A stretch of DNA of 63,971 bases, filler included, from an uncultured Methanoregulaceae archaeon (GCA_964530035.1; 12 parts of 12 records of this genome joined end to end with filler, not necessarily neighbours in it), one strand, 5' to 3'; positions 11,718 to 22,212 are shown, numbered from the whole stretch's first letter. A program made the numbers and translations. The notes: a model not told the origin generated them from the sequence alone.

Positions 11718-11999
11718 GGGTCTCACCACACTGTTCGATAAAGGCCTCTATCCTGTCCGCATGCACGTGGGGCATGCAGACGATGCGGAGGTGTCCGTTC
11801 CTGGTATGCGAGACCCGCCAGGGCGGCGGGACCCCGAATGGTTCGAAGGTGGCGACATTGACCTCCGGTGTCACCGCCCGGGTCTTTCCAAACGCCTCGA
11901 GGCCGGTGATGAGGCGCCGGGTGTTTTTCATGCACCCCCCGACGAGTGCCTCCATCCCGTCAAGGCCGAGGTATTCGAGGACGGCATAGGCTCCTGCCA
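11710..11999 (-). CDS. mfnA: L-tyrosine decarboxylase MfnA, C-terminal fragment
   Basis: YLGLDGM...NVATF...WRVS...LRIVCMPHV; position upstream of hpt. Confidence 0.8.
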
Positions 12000-12099
12000 N
12001 NNNNNNNNNNNNNNNNNNNNNNNNNNNNNNNNNNNNNNNNNNNTTAATTAATTAANNNNNNNNNNNNNNNNNNNNNNNNNNNNNNNNNNNNNNNNNNNN

Positions 12100-12285
12100 T
12101 GAAAGGCCGTGAGACCGCCGCCGGGGCGCCCTTCGGGGGCGGCGGGGTATCTTTCCGGGGTGCGGGATCCATGCCCCCACTGAAGGGTTTCCTATGAAAA
12201 TGTTAAAATGACCTCATAATAAGGAGATTTTGGATAGGGGGGGTTATGGTTCGAGTGTGAACTCCCGTTCATGTAAGTTTTAACC
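12100..12285 (-). repeat. Modular intergenic repeat, copy 1 (blocks D, B)
   Basis: Reverse complement matches CCCTTCAGTG..AAGATACCCCGCCGCCCCCGAAGGGCGCCCCGGCGGCGGTCTC (46741-46830, 56521-56610) and also 61806-61903. Confidence 0.9.
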
Positions 12286-12376
12286 AAACTCCAAATTTTA
12301 TTCAAACGGAAACATGCTCACATAGAGTTGAAAGCCGGTCTGCACTCCGTCAGAAAAATCTGGATAAGACGTCCTT

Positions 12377-13018
12377 TCAGGCCAGCCTGCCAGGGAACGC
12401 GGACAGCGTGTAATAGAGCCCGAACCCGATAAGGAACACGCCACAGGCCAGCAGGATGATGCGGTACTCCCGCGGTCCCAGGAGGAAACGCCCCTTGTGG
12501 ATCCCGGACGAGACGAGGGTCAGCCACGCGAGGTCAGCGGACCAGTGACCGATGATGAACGCGACCGCGTTCTGGATGCCCCCCGCCATCGTGCTCACGA
12601 GGAGAGCGCTCCCGACGGTGAACCACCAGATCCAGAAATACGGGTTCGAAATGCTCGTGACGACCCCGGCTACGACCGGCCGGGTCGTCGCGTCGTCACC
12701 GCTTTCCACCGTCATCACCGCCGTCCTGCTCCCGCGGACCGTCAGGATGCCGAAGATCACGAGGGCGATTCCCCCGATGACCGCAATGACTGTTGTGTAC
12801 TGGCTGAAAATGATCGACAGGCCGAACACCGTCAGGAGGACCAGGGCCGATTCGACAAGGATATGACCGAAGGTGACCTTCGGGCCCATGGTCCAGCCTC
12901 CTTTCACCGAGGCCTGGATGGTCGCGACGAGGGTCGGGCCCGGGGCGAGGGCCCCCGTGAGCCCGATCAGGAAACCAAGGGCCAGGGCATTGAGGAACAG
13001 GAGGGCCTCAAAGGGCAT
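12377..13018 (-). CDS. LysE family translocator
   Basis: ALAPGP, GH..VE and SNPYFWIWW motifs. Confidence 0.9.
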   Translation of the reverse strand: MPFEALLFLNALALGFLIGLTGALAPGPTLVATIQASVKGGWTMGPKVTFGHILVESALVLLTVFGLSIIFSQYTTVIAVIGGIALVIFGILTVRGSRTAVMTVESGDDATTRPVVAGVVTSISNPYFWIWWFTVGSALLVSTMAGGIQNAVAFIIGHWSADLAWLTLVSSGIHKGRFLLGPREYRIILLACGVFLIGFGLYYTLSAFPGRLA

Positions 13019-13475
13019 CGTCGCACTTCTCCAGGACGGTCATCCTCGGGTGAAACCCGAACTTCTCATAAAACGTCCATGTCTCCTCGTTACCACACGA
13101 AACGGCGACGACAATCCGTTTCGCCCCGGACGATAAAAGCCACAGAAGAGCGCGTCCCATCAGGCGGGACCCGATACCACGGTCCCTGAACGGGCCGTCG
13201 ACAAATATCGAGTCAATCTCCCCGGTCCCGTCCTCCGAAAACGAAACGATGCAGTACCCGACGGTCTGCCCGGTGCCGGGTTCACGTGCGATTTCGATCC
13301 GCACCGTTCCCGTGACAGTTTTTTTGAGGATTTCCACCTTCCGCTCGTCGAATGACCGTGCCAGGTAATGGCCTGAGAAATGCCGCGTCCTCGCGAGGTG
13401 ATGGCGGTTGAGGGCCTCCCAGAGCGGACGGACATGTTCAAGCCCCGATTCGTCCGCCGTGACATACTCAACCAT
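13008..13475 (-). CDS. GNAT N-acetyltransferase
   Basis: FRDRGIG (motif A), N..FYEKFGF (motif B). Confidence 0.9.
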   Translation of the reverse strand: MVEYVTADESGLEHVRPLWEALNRHHLARTRHFSGHYLARSFDERKVEILKKTVTGTVRIEIAREPGTGQTVGYCIVSFSEDGTGEIDSIFVDGPFRDRGIGSRLMGRALLWLLSSGAKRIVVAVSCGNEETWTFYEKFGFHPRMTVLEKCDDAL

Positions 13476-13530
13476 GAAAAAAGTCTTCCTCCGGGTTACC
13501 AGGACGCACCATACAGGATTTCAGCACGTA

Positions 13531-14484
13531 TCAGTGGCTTGCAGCACCTTCTGCGTCGTCGAGCAGCGTCCGTGACACGATGTACTCGCCCCGGGCCTCG
13601 CGGGTGGTGCCGACAACGAGCCACCGGTGTCCGCCGCTCTCCTCGATGACTCCGCATGCCTCGATGCATTCTCCCTTCCGTGCCTGCCCGCAGTAAGTAT
13701 GGGTGAATGAGTACACCGCCTCGATCTCGCCGTCCCCGAGCGGGTAGACCGCCGGACTGTCAAAGGAGAGCCGGTCGTCGGTGACAACGCCCGTGACCGT
13801 CACCCGGCCAAGAACCCTTCCCTTCGGCGGGACCGGGTCTCCGGGGAGCTGGTCGTACCCGCGGGAAAACAGGAGGTCGAAGTACGTCCCGTCTACCTGT
13901 CCCCGGTTCCATTTACGTTTTTCATGGGCGATGAACTGGTCGTACGGGATCTCCGGCTTCCGCTTGTCGTACACCTTTCGCCACAGTTCCGGGGAGAGCG
14001 GGTCAACAAGCCCCTCATCCATCGCTCCTGCGAGCCGTTCCCGGGCCTTACCGAACGATGACCCATAGATGACCAGGTCAATGTCGGAAGACCCGCTTCC
14101 AAGACCGCAGAGGAGCGACCCGGTACATCCTATCGTTCCGGAAGGGAGGGTAAGCGCCTCTTTCAGGGTGTTGACGCCTGCATGCCGGGAGCATACTTGG
14201 TCGAACTGCTCTTCGGGCTTGAAGACCCGGACGATGTCCTTCCCGGGGATACGGTGGACCAGATCAAGGTACTCCGGTTTGTACTGCCCAACGAGGCTGA
14301 AAGCCTCGTCAAAATCGACCTTGCGGTACCTCGTACCCTCCGGGTTTACCCGGTCCCCGGCTGGGTCAGGGACGTACCTGAGGATGCAGCCGGCACGTTC
14401 GTCATTGTCGTAGGTGGCGACGGCATACAGCCAGCCGTCGGCGTCCGCGATGAAATCGCGTATCCGGAGTGGTCTTACAGGCAT
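13531..14484 (-). CDS. Pol-beta-type nucleotidyltransferase domain protein (COG1665-like)
   Basis: GCTGSLLCGL..SDIDLVIYG motif; C-terminal OB-like region. Confidence 0.85.
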   Translation of the reverse strand: MPVRPLRIRDFIADADGWLYAVATYDNDERAGCILRYVPDPAGDRVNPEGTRYRKVDFDEAFSLVGQYKPEYLDLVHRIPGKDIVRVFKPEEQFDQVCSRHAGVNTLKEALTLPSGTIGCTGSLLCGLGSGSSDIDLVIYGSSFGKARERLAGAMDEGLVDPLSPELWRKVYDKRKPEIPYDQFIAHEKRKWNRGQVDGTYFDLLFSRGYDQLPGDPVPPKGRVLGRVTVTGVVTDDRLSFDSPAVYPLGDGEIEAVYSFTHTYCGQARKGECIEACGVIEESGGHRWLVVGTTREARGEYIVSRTLLDDAEGAASH

Positions 14485-15062
14485 GGACGGTCTGTCCCTG
14501 ACAGGAACTCCCTGACCTTATTGCCGGCGGCACCCTCCCTGATAATGGTCCCGGTCGTGAGGTCGACCACGGTGCTCGGGGTCCCCGGAAGCCTCCCGCC
14601 GTCAATCAGGAGGTCGTGCATGACATTACATTCGGCCGGGATGACCGGGTCCTTCCCCCCGGAGCGGTTTGCGCTCGTGGCGGTGATCGGGGCGTCGAAC
14701 TTCTGGATGATGCTGACCGGGACGACATGCGAAGGAATCCGCACCCCGATGAGACCGGTCCCCCCGGTCAGGACGGACGGGACCACCGAGCGGGCTTTAA
14801 GGACCACGGTCACCGGGCCGGGGAGGAACTCTGCGATGAACGCCTCGGCCCGTTCATCGACCCTGGCCACGAGGGAGAGCATCTCGCGGTCGGAGACGGC
14901 AAGGGAGACCGGTTTTCCTGCCATCCTTCCCTTTGCCTCGTAGACCTTTTCGATGGCTTCGTCGGAGAATGCGTCGGCACCGAGGCCGTAAACAGTATCC
15001 GTAGGATATACCACGAGGCCGTCATGCTGGAGGACCTTCACCGCCCTGTCAATGATGTCCAT
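14475..15062 (-). CDS. Threonylcarbamoyl-AMP synthase (Sua5/TsaC)
   Basis: YPTDTVYGL, KGR, PGP, TSANRSG and STVVD motifs. Confidence 0.95.
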   Translation of the reverse strand: MDIIDRAVKVLQHDGLVVYPTDTVYGLGADAFSDEAIEKVYEAKGRMAGKPVSLAVSDREMLSLVARVDERAEAFIAEFLPGPVTVVLKARSVVPSVLTGGTGLIGVRIPSHVVPVSIIQKFDAPITATSANRSGGKDPVIPAECNVMHDLLIDGGRLPGTPSTVVDLTTGTIIREGAAGNKVREFLSGTDRPCL

Positions 15063-15757
15063 CAGAATTCCTTGCCTTTGACCCGGTTGATGTCAAAGAC
15101 TCCGATGCTTGAGACGTGCATGACGGCGAACACCCCGGCCTGGATCGGGTCGGTCACCACGAGGTCCGCGTGCCGTGTCACGCTCCCCACCATCTTCAGC
15201 GCAATGACAGGGATTCCAGCCTCCTTGACCCGCTCAACGGCGTCCGAAATGCTGCCGCCCATGAGCGAGCCGGCAAGGACGAGGATCCCGGCCCTGGGAA
15301 GACGGGCAACCGCATCGACCGCCTGGGCAACCGTTTCCTCTCCCACGAGGGGGATGGTGTCGACCGAGATCCGTTCTCCCCTGATATTGTGCCGGTCGGC
15401 CTCGTTCACGGCACCGAGAGCGACTTGGGCGACCTGGGCGCCGCCGCCAATAATAATGACCCTCGTCCCGTAGATGTTGGAAAAGGGCTGGCAGGTCTCG
15501 GCCGAGCGCACACAGGGGATGGAGTTGAGGTCCTGGATGAGTTTCTCATGTTCCTCCGGCCCCTCCTCGTACTCGAAGTACATCTCGGCGAGACCGGCAA
15601 GCGGGCCAGAGTCAAACGTTTCCTGGTGGATCATCAGGATATTGGCGGAATGCGTCGTAACGACCGTCGCGATGTCCCGTAAGACACCCTTCTGGTTTTC
15701 GGCAACGACCCTGACTGCAAAAACAGGCGATTCCTGCTTTCCCATGAGCTTGTCCAT
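15062..15757 (-). CDS. ACT-domain regulator (DUF5612/COG1707-like)
   Basis: NQKGVL ACT motif; GGGAQVAQVA.GA.NEADRHNIRGERISVDT. Confidence 0.88.
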   Translation of the reverse strand: MDKLMGKQESPVFAVRVVAENQKGVLRDIATVVTTHSANILMIHQETFDSGPLAGLAEMYFEYEEGPEEHEKLIQDLNSIPCVRSAETCQPFSNIYGTRVIIIGGGAQVAQVALGAVNEADRHNIRGERISVDTIPLVGEETVAQAVDAVARLPRAGILVLAGSLMGGSISDAVERVKEAGIPVIALKMVGSVTRHADLVVTDPIQAGVFAVMHVSSIGVFDINRVKGKEF

Positions 15758-15765
15758 GAAAAGGA

Positions 15766-15836
15766 TGCGATAGCCGGGAATCGAACCCGGGCTAGAAGCT
15801 TGGGAAGCTCCTGTCCTACCGCTAGACTACTATCGC
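15766..15836 (-). tRNA. tRNA-Gly(CCC)
   Basis: GCGATAG/CTATCGC acceptor stem, anticodon loop TT-CCC-AA, GGTTCGATTCC T-arm, discriminator A, CCA not encoded. Confidence 0.97.
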
Positions 15837-15976
15837 AAACGGTATCCCATTGGTATGACGGTAAAACCTGATAAATGATTCCTTCCCCGGTGCAGAAGAC
15901 CCAGGTGAAGGTTTCCGCGACGGAGAAAGCGCGTGAGGGTGAAGTGAGTCACCCCGGGGGAACGGGCCGGGCGTCG

Positions 15977-16906
15977 TTACTTTTCTTTCCTGCCGTTGTT
16001 GTTTGAAATCCGCTGTATCTCGTGGATTACGTCCCGGTGGTATGCCAGGATCATGTCGCTGATGACCCCGAACATGAAGACCTGGAAACCGACCGATATG
16101 AAGAGGACGGTGAGGACGGTGAGAGGGAGGTGCTCGATCTGGCGGAACCAGTCGGCAAGGACGTAGATGCCTGTTATAACCCCCACGATCATCAGGATAA
16201 CCCCGATGAGACCAAAGTAGAAGAGAGGGTTGTTCATCCTCGCGAGCCGCCAGATCGTGGTCGCGATTTTTATCCCGTCATGGAGAGGGTCCAGCTTGGT
16301 GGCCGTCCCCGGGCGCACACCGTACGAGACCGGGACGACCTTCACCCTCAGGTCAGACCTTACCGCCTCGGCCGCGATCTCGGTCTCTATCTCGAAACCT
16401 TCCTCGGTGAGGTGCATCTGGGAGACCGACTCCCTGGTGAAACCCCGGTAGCCCGAGAGGATATCGGAGAGGAAGACTCCGTGGGCCACCTTGAAGATCT
16501 TGTTGAGCCACAGGTTCCCGTGATAGTTGAGCGTTGAAAAAGCGTCCCGGTTCTTCTCAAGCAGCCGGTTCCCGATGACATGGTCATCCCCTTTGAACAG
16601 GGGTTCCAGCATTGCCTCGGCATCTTCCGGGGAATAGGTCCCGTCTCCGTCAAGCATCAGGATATAGGGCTTATCGATCGCGTTCAGGGCCTCGATGATG
16701 GCATTTCCCTTTCCCCTCCGTGTCTGGACCATCACATCGGCACCGAGCCCGCGTGCAATCTTCACGGTATCGTCCCGGCTGTTACCGTCCATGACGAGGA
16801 TGTGGGGAAACCCCCGGGACTTGAACTCCTGTATCAGGTCTCCGACGGTTGGGGCCTCGTTCAGGGTCGGGATGAGGATCACGACCTGGTCGCGGTCGAT
16901 GGGCAT
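15977..16906 (-). CDS. aglJ: S-layer glycoprotein N-glycosyltransferase AglJ (GT2)
   Basis: IPTLNE, GKG, DGDGTY, DILSGYR and GFEIETE motifs; two C-terminal TMs. Confidence 0.88.
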   Translation of the reverse strand: MPIDRDQVVILIPTLNEAPTVGDLIQEFKSRGFPHILVMDGNSRDDTVKIARGLGADVMVQTRRGKGNAIIEALNAIDKPYILMLDGDGTYSPEDAEAMLEPLFKGDDHVIGNRLLEKNRDAFSTLNYHGNLWLNKIFKVAHGVFLSDILSGYRGFTRESVSQMHLTEEGFEIETEIAAEAVRSDLRVKVVPVSYGVRPGTATKLDPLHDGIKIATTIWRLARMNNPLFYFGLIGVILMIVGVITGIYVLADWFRQIEHLPLTVLTVLFISVGFQVFMFGVISDMILAYHRDVIHEIQRISNNNGRKEK

Positions 16907-16945
16907 TGGTGTACTATTTAAAAATGACTTCACATAAGACCTTTG

Positions 16946-17515
16946 ATGAACCTTGGCAAGCCCGGGACGCGGATCCTCGCTGTTGCAGAGTCGTTTGCTC
17001 CAGGTGAGACCTCGACGCTCGCGGGGCTCGTCATGAGAAAAGACCTCAGGATAGACGGTTTTGCAGTCACCAGGCTCACCGTCGGGGGCAGGGACGCAAC
17101 CGACGGGGTAATCCGCCTGTTCCATGAGCTCGACAGGAAGGACATCAATGTCCTCATGCTCTCCGGGGCGGTCATCGCATGGTTCAATGTTATCGACCCG
17201 GAGACGGTCTGCCGGGTGACCGGCCTCCCGGTGATCTGCGTAACCTACGAGGACTCGGAAGGGCTTGCCTCACACATCATGCACCATTTTCCCGGTGATG
17301 CGGCCAGGCTTGCTGCCTATGAGCGTCTCGGGGAACGGACTCCGGTTGTTCTCAGGAACGGTTACACCTTGTTTGTCAGGTCCTGGGGCATGCCGATCCG
17401 GGATGCGGCGACCTTCTGCAGGCAGACGACCTTTGACGGCAGGGTGCCGGAACCCGTGCGGGCCGCACGGCTCCTCGCACGGGGCATCATGCGGTCCTGG
17501 AATGCCGCGATATGA
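16946..17515 (+). CDS. DUF99 / UPF0215 endonuclease V-like protein
   Basis: AVAESF, GRDAT, AWFNVID and PEPVRAA motifs. Confidence 0.88.
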   Translation: MNLGKPGTRILAVAESFAPGETSTLAGLVMRKDLRIDGFAVTRLTVGGRDATDGVIRLFHELDRKDINVLMLSGAVIAWFNVIDPETVCRVTGLPVICVTYEDSEGLASHIMHHFPGDAARLAAYERLGERTPVVLRNGYTLFVRSWGMPIRDAATFCRQTTFDGRVPEPVRAARLLARGIMRSWNAAI

Positions 17516-17955
17516 CCTGGCCGGTCCGCTTGTCGATGATGTCCACCCTGACCAGGTCGAACGGCCTGAAGGTCCGGTCTGAAAAGTCGATGACGATCCG
17601 TTCCCTTGGCTCCCATGTCCTCCCCCGGCACCCGCTTCCACCCATCGTCTGGACACCCGTGTGATGGGTCGGGATGAACTCCTCCCCGTTCATGGTGGGT
17701 ATCGGGACATCGACCTCCTGCCCGTTCCGGAAAAAGACTGCCCTGAGCTGATTGTTATCGTACGGTACAGCTCCGGTATTGACGAGGGTCACGCGGCTGT
17801 CCATCGTGAACCTCCCCGATTCATCGAATGACTGCACCCGTTCTATCTGGAACACCGCCGGGATCCCTGAAAGGTCGAGAAACGGGAGCCTGAAGAGGAG
17901 GAGGACCATGGCGGCAAGAAGGACCGTGAGGGCGATGAGGAGTACCGTCGCCTGC
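17487..17955 (-). CDS. Archaeal pilin-like protein (5' truncated)
   Basis: QATVLLIALTVLLAAMV hydrophobic pilin-like helix followed by a beta-rich domain ending in W..DFS..V.IID. Confidence 0.6.
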
Positions 17956-18055
17956 NNNNNNNNNNNNNNNNNNNNNNNNNNNNNNNNNNNNNNNNNNNNT
18001 TAATTAATTAANNNNNNNNNNNNNNNNNNNNNNNNNNNNNNNNNNNNNNNNNNNN

Positions 18056-18423
18056 GAGAGTACGCCAATGAAGTTGTTCCTCTTACGGCGCCGGAGTGGA
18101 GGTCGGACCTCATCACGGTCCATAAACGGCAGAAGTGCGGCGGCGTGGTCGTCATGACTGATGGTTGTGTGCGGGCGGCATGTACCGGTCCTTCAGGACA
18201 TCTTGTCCCCCGTCCACCCTTTTTCGACCCACTTTTTTCCTACGTGCTTTCTCAGCAGGATGAAAAGACCGCATCAGAGGAGATCAGGTCGTTTCTTAAA
18301 AGCCAGGGCATGGCAAGGTGCTCAGATGACGACAAGACCGTCGTTGTCGGGGTAATCCGCACCGTTCATGACGCTAATAAACCAGACGACGATACCAGGG
18401 TACACCATGACAACCTTACATGA
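18056..18423 (+). CDS. PP2C-family phosphatase (YegK-like), C-terminal fragment
   Basis: Frame from 18058 reads EYANEVVPLT...MTDG...PFFDPLF...SDDDKT. Confidence 0.85.
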
Positions 18424-18521
18424 CAGCACATAATGCATCACGGGGAGATGTCTATGGAAGACAGCAGACAGTTCGATGATTCGGGAGCCTGATCGGCAAG
18501 CCGCCAAGGGATACGGAGCCT

Positions 18522-21500
18522 ATGGTTGTAAGGATACGTGAGAAGTTCTTCTCGTTCCATGATGTCGAGCCCGGCTCCCGGCCAGGGGGCATGATCTGCC
18601 TCATTCCTGGGGAGGGTGAGGGAACCGGGGTTGAAGTGTCTGCTCACGCCCCCTGGATAGTACTTCCCCATGATAAGGGCCCGTACCCTGAAGGCAGGAT
18701 CCCTTTTTTCATCGATACGGCCCAGCTGGGACCCGGGGGCTCAGGCACGGGGAGTATTGACCTTGCAGAAGGAACCTCCCGGGAATGCGTTTATATATCC
18801 GTCAGTGTGGCCAGAGCTGCCGGAGAGAAAGGTACCCGGGATACCTTCACGCAGGTAAAGCAAAGAGAAGCCTTCACCGACAAGGGCAGGTTCACACTTG
18901 TCCATACAGGAAAGCATGGCGGAGAGGGGGATATCTACCTGGTCCTGGAGGACCACTCCCTGTGTGCAAAGATCTTTCATGAAGACAGAGACCGTGTCAC
19001 ACTTCAGAAAAAACTGCGGGTAATGGTCTCATGTCCACCTACTGACCATAACTCGTTTTCATCCCTTGCATGGCCTCAGGCGCTCCTGTATGCTGACCTG
19101 GAGCAAAAGGAGTTCATCGGCTTTATAATGCCATATATTGACCGCAATGAATTTTCAGAGTCCCATGTGCTCTTCGATCCCGATGAACAACACCGCTTTT
19201 TTTCCCACAGGGGAACGTTCCGCAACCTCCTCGCTGTTGCCCTCAATATATCAGGAATAGTGTCGGCAGTCCACCAGAAAGGGCACTGTATCGGTGACCT
19301 CCGCGATACCAACATCCTGGTCGCAAAAAACGCAAGGGTGGCCATAATCGACTGCGATTCATTCCAGGTCAGGGATCCGGAAACGGGGTGTGTCTATCCG
19401 ACGACAGTGGGCTCACCCGAATACCTGCCACCGGAACTCACCTCCAATACGACAGGTATGACCTGTCGTGAACGGAGAGGTGCCGACCTGTTTGCCCTTG
19501 GAATCATCATATTCCGGCTCCTCATGGGTGGTGTCCATCCCTACCAGGCCCGGGGTCCGGGGGTGCATGCTGCCCCCACCACCAGGGCCAAAATTACCCT
19601 TGGCCTGTTTCCGTACCATCCAGGGAACAAGGGCGTACAACCACCCGAATGCGCTCCACCCTATCGCAGGATACCTCCTTCACTCCAGAGGCTCTTTTAT
19701 CGGTGTTTCGTCACCGGAAACAGACGGCCTGGAGCACGCCCAAGTTCGGCGGAGTGGAAAGCCGTCCTTTCCCGCGAGTTCAACCAGCTCATCCGGTGCC
19801 AGTCTGATCCTGACCACTGGTACTCCCCTGACCTTGTTGAGTGCCCCTTCTGCGATACCGAACGGTACAGTCCGGGCAGTCCCGTCCCCGCCCTGAGGAG
19901 AACAGAAACAGGGGTACCTTCGGCAGCGCCCCCGGGACCGGCATTGCCCCTTTCAGGGGCGGGGATGCCAGGCCAGGGAATTCCAAAGGCCTGTTCCGTG
20001 CAGCCACTGCAAAAGGAAAAGCCACCCGTTACCCAGATACCTGTCGTCCAGGTCTCTCGTACAGGAAATTTGGCCAGACGCCCTGGAGCATCAACTGCAG
20101 GCGAAATTCCAGATATTTCTCCGGATAGGAACCAGGTGCTGAAGCACGGAGAAAACCAGACCGGGGATAGAACCGGTCAGGCTGCACCGCTCCAGGCCCA
20201 GGTACCCCGGGCAAGAGATGCACATACACCTCAAAAAAGCCAGATGTGCCCTTCTCCTGAACTCGCGGACACCTCTGTCCCCGACAGGGTGGCACAGCTG
20301 TCACAGGGTTCATTCCAGGAACAGATGGAGGCACGGGAGGCGCTGGCACGAGGAGGACCTGTCGTCGTCCCAGGTCTCCTTGATGCGGCACGGTCAGGGA
20401 AAACAACCTACCGGGCCATCAGGCCTGTAATCAGGGAGATAGGTCCGGCTGCCATTCCTCTCCTGATCGCAGGACTTGACTCGCCATACTCGGTCCATGG
20501 GGTGTTTATACTCCAGGCCGTCAGGGATTTTGGTCTGCAGGGGATTCGTCCACTCCTCCATGCCATGGGTGAAAAAGGTACGGAATTCCAGCTTCAGGCC
20601 ATTTTTATCGTGCATGATGCCTGTCCGGCCGCGATCGGGGTCATCACATCAGAAATCCCGTGCCTTTCCCTGAGGTCCAGGTTATTTGCATTTATCCTGA
20701 TGGCTTCGGCTGGTGAAGCCGCCATCCCCCACCTGGTCAGGCTCCTCCGTTCCGGAGACTGGGGCCTTGAGGCCATGGCGGGGTGGGCACTCGGAGTGCT
20801 GGGTATCCCGTCAGTCCTGCCCGTAATCCTTGGCTGCCAGGAAGACCCCCTGGAGATGAGCCGCATAGTGCCCCCGGTGATGGAACGCATCGGGCAGGCG
20901 GCGGTCCCATCTGTCATGTCCCTGTACCGTTCCGCCGGGAAGCCGCTTCAGACAGGCCTGAACCTTCTCATCCACCAGCTTTGCCGGAGATATCCGGCTG
21001 CATTCATCCCGTTCATCGGAGATCCGGAGTACATGGTGCGGGATATTGTAGTCAGGGCATTATGTGCAGCCGGTGAACCGGTTCTCCCCGTGGTGACCGG
21101 ATACCTTTCTACCGATGACCTCCTCATAAGGGCGGGGGTCGCCGAGATCTTGTCATCCGGCGGTTCCTGCTCAGTCCCGTTGCTTGTTGAGGCATTCATT
21201 CATGGCAACAACCGCACGAGGACATCGGCAGCACGGGTCCTGATACGGATAGGGGAACCCTCAATACCGGCCCTTTCAGCAATAGCCCGCACTGCCGAAG
21301 GCCAGGTCAGGACTGATGCGCTTTCGGCGCTGGTTACTATCGGGTTACCGGCAGCACCCTCCCTTGTTCAGATTGTCATGGATGAACCAGGGGCAACGCC
21401 GAGGACAAGGGAGGCGGTCAAGGCGCTTGCAGATGTGTATCGCGAGGGACCGCCCACCATTTCAGACCTTTTATACTCATTTACCCCGGATATGCGGTTG

Positions 21501-22208
21501 AAACTCCTCGACACCATCAGGACTGCCGGGAGAGCGGGCGAACCGCTCCTGGCGGTCTTCCTCGCAGATCATGATACCGAAATCCGGAACGAGGCCCTGT
21601 CCTGTTCACTCGAAACCGGGATCAATGCCATCCGGATGCTGCTCATCCAGGCCGGGACCAGCAGTTCCGGCCAGGAGGCTCTCTCATCGTTCATGCGTTC
21701 CAAAGGATCTGTCCGGGCATATGCATGCTTCATCAGCCTCATCCTCGACCCTGACGACCTCGTCGCTGAGGGGGCTCTTGGTGTTCTTCGTGATTCTGTG
21801 AGACACAACCCGTCATTTCCTCAATATTTCAGCAGGATCCTGCCGGATCTTGATGAAGAACTGGGAGTCCGCCTTGTAACAGAGTTCGGCAGGATCCCGA
21901 CCCCAAACCGTGAGGTCCTGCTGCAGGACTGCATCCGGCAGAGACCGGGAGTGATCAGGGAAACCGCCTGGGCATTACTCGGAAAAGACCTGTCCTCCGA
22001 CCAGGGAAAGGCTGTACTGTCCGGGTCAGATCCCAGCACCGCCACCATGCAGGGCTTTGTCAGGGAAGACCCTGTAGGGGACGGCTTTCCTGAAAAAACC
22101 CCTGGTGAAAGACACCTGTATTCTCCACAGCCGGGAGATGATGCAAACGGGACAATACAGAAATTCAAGGAGAGATTACTGGGATATTTCAATAAAAAAG
22201 GCAGGTAA
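18522..22208 (+). CDS. YegI-like Ser/Thr kinase with N-terminal BACON/Ig-like domain, Cys/His finger and HEAT repeats
   Basis: GGEG loop, AKIF, GDLRDTNILV, IDCDS, PEYLPPE, DLFAL; CxxxxxH...CPFC; many IGxxAIPxL HEAT-like units. Confidence 0.9.
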   Translation: MVVRIREKFFSFHDVEPGSRPGGMICLIPGEGEGTGVEVSAHAPWIVLPHDKGPYPEGRIPFFIDTAQLGPGGSGTGSIDLAEGTSRECVYISVSVARAAGEKGTRDTFTQVKQREAFTDKGRFTLVHTGKHGGEGDIYLVLEDHSLCAKIFHEDRDRVTLQKKLRVMVSCPPTDHNSFSSLAWPQALLYADLEQKEFIGFIMPYIDRNEFSESHVLFDPDEQHRFFSHRGTFRNLLAVALNISGIVSAVHQKGHCIGDLRDTNILVAKNARVAIIDCDSFQVRDPETGCVYPTTVGSPEYLPPELTSNTTGMTCRERRGADLFALGIIIFRLLMGGVHPYQARGPGVHAAPTTRAKITLGLFPYHPGNKGVQPPECAPPYRRIPPSLQRLFYRCFVTGNRRPGARPSSAEWKAVLSREFNQLIRCQSDPDHWYSPDLVECPFCDTERYSPGSPVPALRRTETGVPSAAPPGPALPLSGAGMPGQGIPKACSVQPLQKEKPPVTQIPVVQVSRTGNLARRPGASTAGEIPDISPDRNQVLKHGENQTGDRTGQAAPLQAQVPRARDAHTPQKSQMCPSPELADTSVPDRVAQLSQGSFQEQMEAREALARGGPVVVPGLLDAARSGKTTYRAIRPVIREIGPAAIPLLIAGLDSPYSVHGVFILQAVRDFGLQGIRPLLHAMGEKGTEFQLQAIFIVHDACPAAIGVITSEIPCLSLRSRLFAFILMASAGEAAIPHLVRLLRSGDWGLEAMAGWALGVLGIPSVLPVILGCQEDPLEMSRIVPPVMERIGQAAVPSVMSLYRSAGKPLQTGLNLLIHQLCRRYPAAFIPFIGDPEYMVRDIVVRALCAAGEPVLPVVTGYLSTDDLLIRAGVAEILSSGGSCSVPLLVEAFIHGNNRTRTSAARVLIRIGEPSIPALSAIARTAEGQVRTDALSALVTIGLPAAPSLVQIVMDEPGATPRTREAVKALADVYREGPPTISDLLYSFTPDMRLKLLDTIRTAGRAGEPLLAVFLADHDTEIRNEALSCSLETGINAIRMLLIQAGTSSSGQEALSSFMRSKGSVRAYACFISLILDPDDLVAEGALGVLRDSVRHNPSFPQYFSRILPDLDEELGVRLVTEFGRIPTPNREVLLQDCIRQRPGVIRETAWALLGKDLSSDQGKAVLSGSDPSTATMQGFVREDPVGDGFPEKTPGERHLYSPQPGDDANGTIQKFKERLLGYFNKKGR

Positions 22209-22212
22209 CAGG

